Below are positions 1-26,082 of a stretch of 64,000 nt of DNA, one piece after another. The first letter of the stretch is position 1. Each line of letters begins with the position of its first letter. This DNA is from Paraspadella gotoi (taxonomy: Eukaryota; Animalia; Chaetognatha). Where the stretch lies: assembly GCA_051294375.1 (NCBI GenBank), contig CM119266.1, positions 20,934,780-20,998,779 on the forward strand, written 5' to 3'. The notes under the pieces are model-generated. The model was given only the letters and a program-made list of their open reading frames with translations. It was not told the DNA's origin and did no database searches. Position numbers and translations under genes: made by a program.

Positions 1-4575
<4,575 letters not shown>

Positions 4576-5163
4576 TTCATGAAAATCCTATTCCTATTTA
4601 TTGCATTTAATTCCACGCTATTCTAAACTTTTCTCTTATATTCAAATTCAATACAATCAATACTGCTGAGATTTAATGATAATTAGTGGTAGTCCTATGA
4701 TCAATAATTATTTTTAAGTGTAGATAATTTATTCCCTGGAGGGAAAGGGTACAAAAGCTTTTTAAACCTTTAAACTTTGTATCGCACTTTTTAATAAAAA
4801 AACGACGAGCGGCATTGGCTTCAAAGCTCACAATTAACAATATTTTCGATTCATATTTAGCTTTTTCAAGCGCCAAATGAAAATATAAAAATATGCCATT
4901 GACGTAATAATTTATTCGACCAAGCCTAATATAATTTTCTGGCAACGTGATTAGGTGTCATTGAGTGCTAACGAAATTCCACACAAGAACAAAGAAAAGT
5001 CCTCAAAGTAAAATGCAACTAAATGCGATGAATAATTGATGAAGTTGCGCTTAATTTATCTGACTTTTCTGGATTCTACAATTGAATCACGAGACGCCTG
5101 AAAAAAAAACCAATTCTATTTTGTTGGTTATTTTCTTCTTTTTTTTTTTTTTTATAAAAAAAA
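4576..5163. promoter_or_regulatory. Putative bidirectional promoter between SLC9C paralog A and dispatched
   Basis: The inferred start codons at 4575 (-) and 5164 (+) diverge across about 590 bp. This is positional inference only. Confidence 0.4.
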
Positions 5164-8100
5164 ATGAACCAAAATATCCGGGAAAAACTCGCACCAAGCG
5201 ATAAGAACAAAGAAAAAACGGGATGCTTTCTCAAAGTGCTCAACTGGTAAGTTTATAAACGTCCATAACTTTAAAGTCAAGAGAATACACTGATTAATCC
5301 CTAATAAGGTATTCGTCCGTGGTGGTCCGTTACCCTTTAGCGGTGGTGGGTTTCGTCATCTCCGTCGTCGTCACTTGCGGCGTCGTCGTCGTCGTCTCGG
5401 ACGTGCCCATTCCGTCCTTCGATTCTCTGCTCGGATTCGAGGCCAGGGGAACTGACTTGGGTGCGTCATCTTTGAAATACAATTATGATTTCATGTAAAT
5501 TTTCGTTTTAAAAGAATTAAAGAAAAGCAATTTTTCCCAAATATTTCGGCATATAAGAGTGGAATAACAGAGAAAAACTTAAAAAACTTTACATGAGATC
5601 TGAAAGAATTACAATTATATATTTTGACTTAGTCTTAGTATTCGTTAGATAATATCATGGAGAAGGGTCGCCGGATTATCTGGGGAGTATTTTGTCGTTC
5701 CCCATTTGGCCCAACGAAAATCTCAGATCGCTAGTGCCTTTCCGTCAATTATATAAAAAAATTAACAGCTACATAATGATTTGGTTATGTGTGAAAGTGT
5801 TAATATCAAATTTTTTATTTGACACAACGTCTCTAATGCAGGAAAAGCGCTCGTCACGTCGCTGAAAATCCCCGACGACTGCGGAATAATTGAAGCTCCT
5901 TATAAAGAAACTCTCGAAGTCACTCGGGCAAAAGAAAATCTTAAAATATTGCTCAATAGTAAGAAACAATAAGATCAACGTATGCTTAAATGGGCGTGTT
6001 GATAAGATTCTTAATTAATAACCGAATAAAACTTTTCGGCACAGTGACTTTTGAAGGTTTGGAAAATTCCCAAGACGGAATCAGCTCTGTGCTTCCGCGC
6101 CTCTCGACGCGACCCAATCGCAAGCGGCGAAATGTCGAATCAAGGAATCGATCAAAGATAAACAAAAGGTCAACGGCGCAGAAGAAATGTCAAGAAAAAT
6201 TAAACCCGCTCAATCCTAAATGGATTCATAGGTGAATTTAATTAACGACACAAAGAGCTATAATTTAAAAAAAACCAAAAAACAATGAAACCATCAAAAT
6301 TTAAATTATAACAACAAAAAAACATTCACATAAAAAAAATTATCTACACCGTAATCCCATTTTTGCTTCAGTTCCTCAACTTCCTCCGCGAATATTTGGA
6401 CTTTAAAAAAGCTTCGATCAATATGTGACGCCGACGAAGCCATCCTCGATCGATTCCAGTCTTTGAGAGACGCCGAGTGCCCGGCGCCCTTTTCTCTACC
6501 AACCGTCGTCATGGAGATGGTGGGCGTCAGTGTCTGCGCCGATTTGACGCGCTACCATTTGGTTTTGGTCGAGGGGCGCTTGCGCAGATGCGGAAAGTTT
6601 TACCGACGCGACAACGATGACGACGACGACGATGGTGCGCACGTGACCACGAAAATTAATTCAATCATAAATTTAAATTAAAGTAAATGCGGAAATTAAA
6701 TCTTTAGATCCCACGGCCGTTTCTTCGCTCTTAAAATCTTGCTGCGCAGACGGAGAACTTGGAGTCTGCGCATCGCTTCCGCCCGAATGCTTCGCGGATC
6801 GCTGCGCCGTCTTTCGACTTTTGTACTTTCACACGGACAAAAGGTGCTTTTACTTTTGATTCTAGAATTATATCAGATTTTAGCGGCAGTTTATGATTTT
6901 GCCCTTTGTTATTTCGATCACAACCAATTTAACCTACCCTCATCCTCCAGTTTCGACCCAGCCTCGGGCGAGACAGATTTGCGATATGCCCTGACGATTC
7001 TTCCCAAGACGACGGATGACGCGTCGAAGCCTCTGACAAAGAAGTTGGCTTTGGAGGAATTTCTGGTAGGAAAGTTGGAAGAAGAGGAAACGAAGATCCT
7101 TTCGATGCACGAGAACGGACTCTTCAACAAGGTGAGTTTGGGTGAGAAAGATCGGAATATACTCTCGGTTGAGAGGAGGAGGAAAGTTCCTGGATGAAAA
7201 CTTTAAAGGTCAAAGTCTTCGAATAAAACTTTCTATCAACTACTTAACAACTAACCAAAAAATCAACGAAACTAATCATTCCACGAAAAGGTTTTCGACG
7301 ACAAAACCTTTTGGGAGATTTTCAACTACTCCGTTCCCGCAACCATCGTACTCGTCATCATGTTCGTCTACACTCGCTCGCTCCTCCTCTCCGCCGCTAC
7401 CTTCCTGTTGATGGCGTTGACGATCGTCGTCGCCTCTTTCATCTACTACATCGTGGTGGGCGTGGCCTTCTTTCCCTTCCACAACGTCCTCGTCATGCCG
7501 CTGCTCATCGGCATCGGGGCCGACGACGTCTTCGTCTTCAACGACATCTGGAACCGGTTGAAACGGGACGAACCGGGGGAGAGCTATCAGGTTTGGAGTT
7601 TGGAGAATTGATGATGAGAGATCGGCGGAGGTGTTGCGTTAACTGAAGGATTGCTCAGGGTTTGATAACGAAGACGATGCAACACGCCGTCGTTTCTATC
7701 TTTGTGACTTCCTTCACGACGGGCAGCAGCTTCCTCGCCAACTACGTCTCCGATATCGTCACCATCAAATGCTTCGCTCTTTTCGCAGGTCGAAAAGCTA
7801 ATTGTTATTATCATTAAGAATAATTAAATAAATTTATCCTTTTATCAGGTATTTCCCTTTTCGTGAAGTTTTTTCTGATGACGAGTCTGCTTCCTCCGTT
7901 GTTGCTTCTGTACGAGAAGACTTTGGCCTACAAATGGTGTTATTTACAAAGCGGAATCTATAAGAACGAGCAAGTCATGATGCCCATAGGAAATACTAAC
8001 GAGCCCGTCACTCAATTCTTTGGAGAGAGAATTCTTACGACTGTGGTCATTCGCGGAAGGTAACTCTTGGCCCTCAGGGATTAAACCTTATTATTAACCT

Positions 8101-11100
8101 GGTTTAATATGTCATTTATTGTAATTTTGTGCCGACAAGGTTTATCTTTCTCCCGTTGCTCCTTTGTTTGTCCATCGGCGCCTCTTACGTCGTTTTCGTA
8201 AACCCAACCATGAAGCTTCCCTCCAAGAACGCCTTTACGCTCTTCTACGATAATCACCCGTTCGAAAAATTCAGGAAGGAATACAAATTCGAATTCGATG
8301 GATTAAGCGACGAAAAATTCGAGGTTTTCTAAATTAATGAATATCGCCATGACAACCAAAACAATTTTAGACATTAGTATTTTTTAAGGTAAAATCGTAC
8401 ATTCTTCCCAGAAGTTTTTTTTTTTTGTGCACAAACGTACAAACGCACAAACGTAAAAAGAAATTACTCCGCGAAAAAAAAAAGAAAGTTTTTTCGAATA
8501 TTACCTAACCTAACCACCTTTAACCGTAACCAGTAACCACTCCCAACTCCCTCCTGCTAACTCCCCCTCACCTTAACTACTCCTAACCCTAACCCGCCCT
8601 AATCCTAACTACCCCTCACACTAACCAAAGTTTTATCGGCGAAAGTAATATAGTGCCTGTTTTTTATATATTAATTAATGAGGAGATAAAAAAAGAAAGA
8701 AAGAAGGTTAGAGAAGAATGAAAAAGGCCGAGGAACCCTACAAGGGCCGACGGCATAAAACAAATGCCTATGTCTATGAATGCCTATGTCTATGAATGCC
8801 TATGAAGGATTAAAGAGTCCTCGTTTATGGAAATTGGTCATCGCTCTCCATTCCCCTAACAGAGAGTCAACCTTCCCGTCGACGTCTTCGTCGGTATCGA
8901 GCGACGAGACGACGGCGACCGCCTCAATCCCAACGACCACGGATCGTGTCGCCTTTCGACGTGGATCTCACCTCGGACCGATCTCAGACCTGGATGGACG
9001 CCTTTTGTACCCAGCTCATGCGTCGCCCTTTCATCCACGCCTCTGCGGCGCGGGAGCAGCGCTGCGCCGTTACGGCGCTGCGGGAGTTCGCGGCGCTGCC
9101 CTGCGATCGTCAGCGGAACGAATCGCTGAACAGTTTCGTCGATGAGTATGATCCTCGGTGCTGCGGCGTAGAGGAATTTCCGATGGAGCCGCCGCTTTTC
9201 TCCGCTTGTTTCGAAAACTTTCTTAGGTCTCGATTTTTTTTTTTTTTTTTTTTTTTTATATTTAGTCCCGATTAAGTTTATTTTCGTGTGATTTCTCACA
9301 TTTCATTTTCACAGATTGTTTTCACGGATGAACGAGAATATTTCGTAGGGATTCCATACTTTACATTTGAATTTGGAAATGCAGGTGAAAAAAGAAAAAA
9401 AGAAAAAGGGGAAAAAAATATTTTTTTTTCTGAAAAGAAAACATCATAGAATCAAAATAAATTCCACCTAAAAGATGATAATTTATAGGAAAAAATATTT
9501 TTCAAGTTACAGACGTCGGCGTACTTAATTAAAAGAATATCATTAATGAAAGTTTTTTTAAAACTATATAAAAAGAAATAAAAAAGCATATTTCACTTAT
9601 TCATACTAAACAGAAACCATAGTTTTTTTCTTAAAAAGAAAAAAAAGTTATGAAATTAAAAAAAATAATAAAACAAGTTTGAGCAAACAATGTCGGATCA
9701 ATTAATTAATATAAACTATATAAACTAAAATAATAATTGAATTAATAAATAAATTAATTTGATCCGAAATGTTTGTTTTTAGGTCTTTTCGTCACTCACC
9801 ACGACAAAAGCAACGACGACGATGATGGCGACGACGACAATAATGCCGATAACGATTGACTTGATTGATTGATTGATTAAATAATTAATTACTTTATAAA
9901 TAAATTGATTGATTGAATAATTGATTTATCGATAACTAAATTAATTGACTGATAGAATAATTGATTGATTAATTGACCGAGGAATTAATTATTTATTAAT
10001 TAATTGACTAATTGATTAATTAGCTGATTAATTATTTGATTAATTATTACATCTTGCATTTACATTTAAAATAAAAAGAAAAAGAAGCATAATCAATTAG
10101 TGAAACAGGTTTTTTGTTTTTTCCATTTAAACTCATTTTCATTCCATCGAAACTTAATTTCCAGCTTAATCATACACTATCCTACCCATATACAAAATTT
10201 CAAGTCAATCACCCCATCCACTCATGTGTAAGTGATGTTCAAATAATGATTTTTTTTCCCATTTAAACTCATTTCCACTCGCACGATTCCATGGAAACTT
10301 TATATCCAGCTCAATCACACACTTCCCTACCCACACACAAAATTTCATTTCAATCCATCCATCCAATCACGAGCAATTGGAGTTTTTTGCTAAGGTTGGA
10401 CGGACCGACAGACAGACGGACGGACGGACGGACATCGTTTTTTTTGCATAATTTATCATAATTCGATGTTCTGACATGAAATAAGTTAATGCCCGACAAG
10501 ATTGACGGGGCGGACCGACGGACCGACAAAGTGAATTAGAAAAAGAGGATGAACGAAAAGAAAGAGAAAAAAAAAACCCCAAATGACGGGAAAAAAATAA
10601 ATAAAAGGAGTTAAAATGACCTTTACGCATTACCAACGCCAAAACATCCCTTTAAAGGTCCAATTCCGGTCGTATCGGCGATGTCTTTCAAAACAATTTC
10701 CAACGCGACTCTCTCGGCCGAATACAACGCCATGAACGACTTCAACAAGATGGTGACGAAGATGATGGACGACGTCAGCGAAAAGTCACGTCCGCCCTTC
10801 GATCAAATTTGGTACAGTTCGTTGCTTAATCTATACAGCTTGCAGCAGTCACTTTCGAAAGGTAAGTACAGCCTTACAGCTGTTTTATAAGAGTTAGAGT
10901 GATGGAGGCCTTAAAACACTTGAGCCTGTTGTACCAATTTCATATATTTTTTAATATGTACATATGATCGATTTCAATCCGCATCTACCTCATATTTTAT
11001 TATTCCATCTCGCTTCACATTTCTTCATATTATTTTTCACATCCCACACGGTCCCCACAGGCGTCCTCTACTCCCTGCTTCTTTCTGTGGGTCTCTCCGC

Positions 11101-12443
11101 CGCGGTCCTCCTTCTGACCACACTCGACGTGGCCATCATGACCTCCGCCTCGTTGACCATCTCCTCGGCAGTCGTGGTCACCATAGCCTCGCTGGTCCTC
11201 ATGGGTTGGGAACTCAACATGTTCGAGTCGATGACTATCTCCCTGGCGGTCGGTCTGTCCATCGACTTCGCCATCCACCTCGGCGTCGCCTACAAACTGT
11301 CCGACTCGGAGGACGAGGCCGGGGTCGAGTCAGGATGGAAGGCACGGGTGGGAACGGCCTTTTCCACGGTAGGATCGGCCGTCTCCATGGCAGCATTGAC
11401 AACATTCGTTGCGGGTGAGAGGGAGTTCGAAACGAATCGTTTTTTGGGTTGTTGAGCTCACTCTCTCTCTCTCTCTCTCTTTACCTCTCTCTCTCTTAAT
11501 TGTACAATATACATAATTAATGTTATATGTTAAACAGGGGCCTCGATCATGATGGCTACTATCTTTCCTACTTTGCAACTGGGAAAGTTTCTGATCATCG
11601 TCATGGTTTGCGGATGGGTAAGAAATCTTGAAACACCTTTTCCTCTTCAACTTATTTTGAATTCTATGTAAATATTATTTATTTGTATTCTAATTTTCCA
11701 TGTCTTCCCCACAGACCTACGCGGTGTTCTTCTTCGTTCCGCTCACCGCCCTCATCGACGAACTGTTGCGGAGACTCAAGAAGAGCCGATCTTCCTCCAG
11801 CACCTTCTCCGCCCGCGACTCGGACTCCATCGACGTCTCCGCGCAACTTAACGGCTTCAAGCTGCGCGACGCCGCTCGGCCCGACCGGCGTCGCCTCACT
11901 GTTCAAAACGGCGTCGCTACGACGCCGATCGATTCCGACAACTTCCGGCTCAAATTGGTTCCGGCGCTGATAGAGACGGAGAACGCCGGGTGGACAGGTC
12001 TAGACGCCGACAAGAACGACGACTTTGACGTCCGACCGGCGGCGTCCTCCTGTTACATCAACCTGGTCTACGTGGAGTCGTCCAAGGATCCCCGAGAAGA
12101 CGGCGCGGCTTTGCAGGAGATCGTCCGCGCGAATCTGGACAATCTGCGGAGATTGGAGGACGCAAAGTCGAGAACCACGCCGGAAGGAAAAGGAGAGAGA
12201 GGGGGCGAGGCAGAGGCGCCCGTGGAGTCACCGGCGTCGTGGCGTTCCCTGTCGCTGAACGAGAAAAGGGAGCTCAGACGAGAGCCCGACCGCCGTGCCA
12301 CGACAGCGGAAAATCGGGCTCGAAGAAATAAGGAGAAATGTGACGCTGGCTATGTTGACAGAGGAGAATGGGGGCCAATAGGCGAAGTAGGCAAAGCGTC
12401 GGACTGTGAGTTCAGCGCTGAAGACGTCGAATTCAAATTTTGA
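5164..12443 (+). CDS. disp: Dispatched (RND/sterol-sensing-domain Hedgehog release transporter), multi-exon, with an apparent frameshift near 8945
   Basis: TM1 exon [17 protein letters not shown]...[12 protein letters not shown] (5290-5460) matches DISP TM1 and GFEPRGT. ECD1 reads [13 protein letters not shown]...C...FSL...C...[13 protein letters not shown]4 reads [13 protein letters not shown] (GxxxDD). ECD2 reads GDRLNP...[11 protein letters not shown]10 reads GWELNMFES...[13 protein letters not shown] (GxxxD). The terminal exon ends at TGA 12443. Exons between 5460 and 6370 are not resolved. Confidence 0.9.
8464..8648. mobile_element. MITE-like element with TTAC(T)TCGCCGA-type termini and internal degenerate CCCTAA/CCTAA repeats (dispatched intron)
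   Basis: The left end ttactccgcgaaaa and right end tcggcgaaagtaa form an imperfect inverted pair. The interior reads taaccctaacccgccctaatcctaac. The termini match the element at 16512-16786. Confidence 0.5.
10117..10540 (-). mobile_element. Non-autonomous repeat with (GACR)n microsatellite, DINE-1/HINE-like organisation
   Basis: Reverse-complement similarity over about 400 bp to 41418-41860, e.g. catccatccaatcacgag, ttccatcgaaactt..tccagctc and ggaccgacggaccgacaaa. Contains an internal ~115-bp duplication and a GACR tetranucleotide run. Confidence 0.6.
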
Positions 12444-12750
12444 GAATGAGAATTAGGTTAAAATTAAAAGTATTTTCTATTTTTAATTTTAATTCGGCCG
12501 TAAAGTGTTTTTACTGTAGTAGCAGCAATTTCATATTCCGATATCAATAGAGTTGTTGTTGTGTCCACAAGAGCGGATAAAAAGTTTTTGGCTATATAAA
12601 TCATAACTATAATATCCCTATTTTTTATTCTACATTTCCGGTGCGTTTGACGTAGAAAAATGAAACTTAAAAATAACGTTTTTACCAAAGTAGAACCAAT
12701 CTTTTTAATAGATATAATAACGTTGAACAAGACGCAAAATAACTTGAATC

Positions 12751-21894
<9,144 letters not shown>

Positions 21895-22833
21895 TTTGAA
21901 TATATTTTTTCAGCATTTAATCATTCCTCGTTTTAATCCTAAACAGTTAAATAAAAAAATTTTCCCTTCATCTTCGCAGTAGAGAAATTAACTATCAAGT
22001 ATTTTTTAAACTAAAGTTTGCTAGTTAGTCGCGAATGAGATTATTATCCTTAGGCTATTCCAATAAACTCCCGACAAGATCACTTAAAATTGTTAACAAC
22101 TGAACTTTTTCCCATAAAATAAACTCATTACTCAAAACGAAGCATATTTGTTTCCTATAGGGCCGTGTTGCAAAATTCGTAAATTTGTGGATCGGCGGAA
22201 CCACAACAAGGACAGCTAAATAAAAACACCGTATGTCAAAAACTCCTCCAATGCGCCACTCCCCTTGTCAGACTTCCACGCAACCCGCCCTTCATTGGTT
22301 TCTGCGACGTCCGTTCTTAGTCTTAACCTAACCTTTGCCTGTCTGCCAGGAGGAGACTAATATTTCTTTTTCATTAAATCCCATGTCAACGTTGTTATTG
22401 AAAATCTTTATCCGATGCTTTGCGCCAAGGGCAACAAAAATGTTTTCAAAATCTGTACGTAAGCATATATATCAATATGAAAAAGAAAATTAATACTGCA
22501 TGGAATAGGTTTTGCCCTAACCAAGTTTCTTTGCGAATAACCAATTAAGATAAAAATGGAATGAGTTTAATGACAATAATATGCACCCGTTAAAAAAAAA
22601 AATTAATTCCATAATATGAGGTCAAATCCCCGCTTATGATTTTTTTTCGAGATATCATTGAACATAAAATTTGGTATGGCAAAGAAATTATTTGCCTCCA
22701 GCATGACATGGAACTTTCATCGGAATCAAAGAAATCTTCCGATTTCAGCGACTCTTTTTTTTCCTTTTTTTCTTCTTAACTTGATCAACATCTTGAAGTC
22801 AGAAAAAAACTACGACCAATAACGGAATTAAGT

Positions 22834-23926
22834 ATGGTATGTATGTTGGGATTTCTTTATATTTGTATTCAAGACTAATTTATTTTGGGTCAATGGCGTT
22901 TTTAAATAAAAAAAAAAAAAAAAGAAAACAAAGCCAACGATTTGCCACGATTTTTCTGGTTTAAAATATACTTCACGTTCTTTTACTAATTATTTGATCT
23001 TTATCCCAAAAAATTGAAGCTTTACATGCATTGAAAACAAAAAAACAAATAAATTTAAACTTTAAATTAACTAATTATCATACTTTCCCGGCACAGCTTC
23101 CGACCAAGCATGCTGTTCCAAGTCGAAAGCCACAAGCTGGCCGCGGCGCTTCACAAAAGACTTCTCTCACCCGCGTTCTGCTGCACGATAATGTTTCTCA
23201 ACGGCAGCTACTAGAATCACGGCTGGAAACACTCGCGCGTCAGCAGAAACGCGTCAGCCGACTGTGGGACAATCACAAGAAGGCCTTCGTCCACAGCCAG
23301 TTCGAGAAACATCAAAAATTTCGCGGAATGGCACTTGATGCGAAAGTAGTTAACCTTGTGCCTCTTGCTTTACAGAGGGTAAGTGAAATTAATAAATAAA
23401 CATGATAAATTCTTTGATATAAAAAGTACATGCCGATCATTTTAAAAAAGTGTTAAGTTTTATAAATAGGAATATTGCGTCGTTGAGTCTGGCTTTGAGT
23501 CAAAATCAAAGTCACAAATTCCGCGTTTACCATTGCTGAATACGTCATTTTCTAAAAACGAGGATCGAGTTAAGGCAAGTACAAGACATCATCAAATGCT
23601 TATTTTAATATCATTGTTATATAAGACGTTACATTTAATTGAATTTATTTTTATTGCTGGTATGATTAGCGAATGTAATTTTTATTTTTTTTTCCATCAA
23701 GGAGAGGCAAGATTCACGGCCCGAATCGAAACGAAGCCAATCAACTTTAGATTCTTTGGTTTTTCCGGAGATCGAAGCGCCGCCACCGGCTGACAAATCC
23801 CCGAGATTCTCCAACAAAAAGATAGAAAGAGAAGGTGTCGACGACGCCAGATTTCAAAGTCTCTTCGCCTCGCTCTCCGACAGGAACGTTCCGACTACGA
23901 AGAGAAGAAAACCTTCGTATTTATAA
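22834..23926 (+). CDS. Small uncharacterised coiled-coil protein (weak resemblance to CCDC190-like proteins), 4 coding exons
   Basis: ATG|gtatgt at 22834, then LPTKHAV...LLESRLETLARQQKRVSRLWDNHKKAF...ALQR | EYCVVES...EDRVK (GC donor) | ERQDSRP...VDDARFQSLFASL...SYL* at 23926. Exon phases are consistent. The family assignment is tentative. Confidence 0.6.
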
Positions 23927-24386
23927 ACTTTAACCAAAGACTTTTACTTTTTTACTTTTTCCATCCTTCGTTTAATTCAGTTTTAAAATGCATCATGTCA
24001 TGAGGGGTAAATCTTGACCAAAACTAAAATTAACTATAATTGTTTTTAATGATATCTATCAATTGACAATTACGTAGACAAATTATGTTGATAAATTTTG
24101 TGTCGTATTTTACATTAAATTATAATAATTTATATCAATAATATTAATTATAGTATAATTAATATTATTTATATAATTTATACTCCTTATCCTGTGGAGA
24201 AATTTGTTTTTATTCCTGCTCAATTCCGTCGGCGGCGCTTTCGTTAATCGTCGCTTTAATTCGACAGAAGAACATTCCGATTTACCTTGACTCTCGTACT
24301 GGGAATTTATTTTTAAACTTCGTTTCCTACCATCCTTACACGAAGGTTCGAATATCCCGGGTCGGTTTTTACTCCCATCCGTCGTA

Positions 24387-25514
24387 ATGGCCACCACGCA
24401 GAGTCTGCTCGGTCTAGTTACCCAGTTGCATCACATGGAACTTTCCTTCACGACGGTCCTCATGGAAACGGCGATGAAGCTCTGCTCCCTGACCGACGCC
24501 AGCGTATTTTTACTCGTGGAAACTCAAGAGGGTCGCCGTTTCTCCGGGAAACGCCACCTCTGCGACGCCTACCTCAGAGGAAGCCTCAATCCCCTCGCGT
24601 CGGACGTTGAATTGGAGGTAGATCCGTCCATTTGCGCCTTGCATCAACGGCAAGTCTCGCTTCAATCCGTCTCTTCCGTCAATCTCGATGCCGCCGCCGC
24701 TGCCCTTTCCAAGATGCGAGAGACGAATGGTCCGCGTAACTCATCCGGCCACCGCCTTTCTCGCAACCCTCTCGCCGTCCAAACGCCAAACGTGCCCGTT
24801 GGCCGAAAAAGGCCCTCGGTGTCGGAGGCCGGGTCCAACGATGGGGTCAAATCGCTCAAGTTGTCCCTCTCCGACTTCGCGGAGACGAAGGAAGAGTTGG
24901 CGATTAAGTTGGAAGCGTCGCAGAGCCCCATAGTGATCGAAGGCGTGGAGGCGGTAGAAGGTTGCCGCGTCTTGGAGGAAGACGACGAGGGCGACGTAGC
25001 CATCATCGTCGAAGAGTATCTCCCCGAATCTCGCAGCCTACAATCGCCGGACGGGGACCGCGGTGTCGTTTTGGCGGGTAATCCGTTCGACGCGACCGTT
25101 TCCAAGATCGACAACCCCCTCCCGAACTTTAACCCCGCCCTCGGAAAACTGCACAATAAACTGACGGCGCTTCAGGGGTTCTCGTTGAGCGAGTTGACCG
25201 GTGAACACCCCGTCGCCTCGAAAATCTTCAAGTCGTGTCTCTACGACTTTGCCAAAACTTGCGCTAACGAATTCGGCGCTTTTCTCACCTCCACCAAAAC
25301 CGCCTACGTCCCGGCCGAAGGCAACGACTTTATTCGCCAACAATTCCAGCATTGGGTGAGGGAAAATCCCCTCATTCATGATGTCTACTCTTCCAAGATG
25401 AAGCTGACCTCCAAAAGACCGGAGGGAAACTCTGTCAGTAGCGACAGCACCATGTGGAACTACGTTAGGAACGCGTTCAGCATTAATCTCAAGAGGCAAT
25501 TGAAGCTAATGTGA
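24387..25514 (+). CDS. Intronless 375-aa protein with an N-terminal MADS-box-like (SRF/MEF2 helix-beta-hairpin) segment
   Basis: Uninterrupted ORF with coding-like, GC-rich composition. LMETAMKLCSLTDASVFLLVETQEGRRFSG resembles SRF IMKKAYELSTLTGTQVLLLVASETGHVYTF. Confidence refers to the CDS; the domain call is less certain. Confidence 0.75.
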   Translation: MATTQSLLGLVTQLHHMELSFTTVLMETAMKLCSLTDASVFLLVETQEGRRFSGKRHLCDAYLRGSLNPLASDVELEVDPSICALHQRQVSLQSVSSVNLDAAAAALSKMRETNGPRNSSGHRLSRNPLAVQTPNVPVGRKRPSVSEAGSNDGVKSLKLSLSDFAETKEELAIKLEASQSPIVIEGVEAVEGCRVLEEDDEGDVAIIVEEYLPESRSLQSPDGDRGVVLAGNPFDATVSKIDNPLPNFNPALGKLHNKLTALQGFSLSELTGEHPVASKIFKSCLYDFAKTCANEFGAFLTSTKTAYVPAEGNDFIRQQFQHWVRENPLIHDVYSSKMKLTSKRPEGNSVSSDSTMWNYVRNAFSINLKRQLKLM

Positions 25515-26082
25515 AGCGAGAATGACGCTTGTTCGCATTTGTTTTGAAGTTTATTCAGTTTATAACTTTGAAAAGTTTATGGGATTAGTTTTGAAAAAAT
25601 CGAATACTCATTAATACGTATCGCCTACGCCATTATACAATCATGAATCATTATGAAGCCATTACTAGACATTGCTACTACTCGGTAGTTCTCAAAGAGC
25701 AGCATGTTCGGAGATTACAAATTCTTTTTGTGCCAAATTCTGTAATTTTTTCTTAAACTGTTTTAGAAAAATCAAATTTCTAATCTATACAACTTAGTTT
25801 TTACTTAGTTATAACTTAATTAGTTAGTAATTAATAAGAAATTGCTTATTAATAAAAAAATCACGAGACGGCGAAAATAATTCCATTATATTTATTAAAA
25901 TATTATACAAACTTGAAAGTAATGTAATTTAAGATTGTGTTATTAAATTAATACAACCATCGGAGGAAACACGGCTAAAGCAGTTTTCGTGTGATGATTG
26001 ATGCAAGAAGGTGTGGACGCGAAAAATGTAATTCATTTTAACTTCAATATTTATTTACATAGTCGGACTAAAATTATTACCG

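Noticed and set aside
5330-5470. Minus-strand Thr-rich reading (DDAPKSVP...TTTTTPQ...AKG*) that looked like a terminal exon
   Set aside because: It is the antisense shadow of the dispatched TM1 exon (Val-rich GTC codons).
8343-8356. atcgccatgacaac, a match to a relaxed RFX X-box consensus
   Set aside because: It is intronic, far from any inferred start, and the relaxed consensus matches often by chance.
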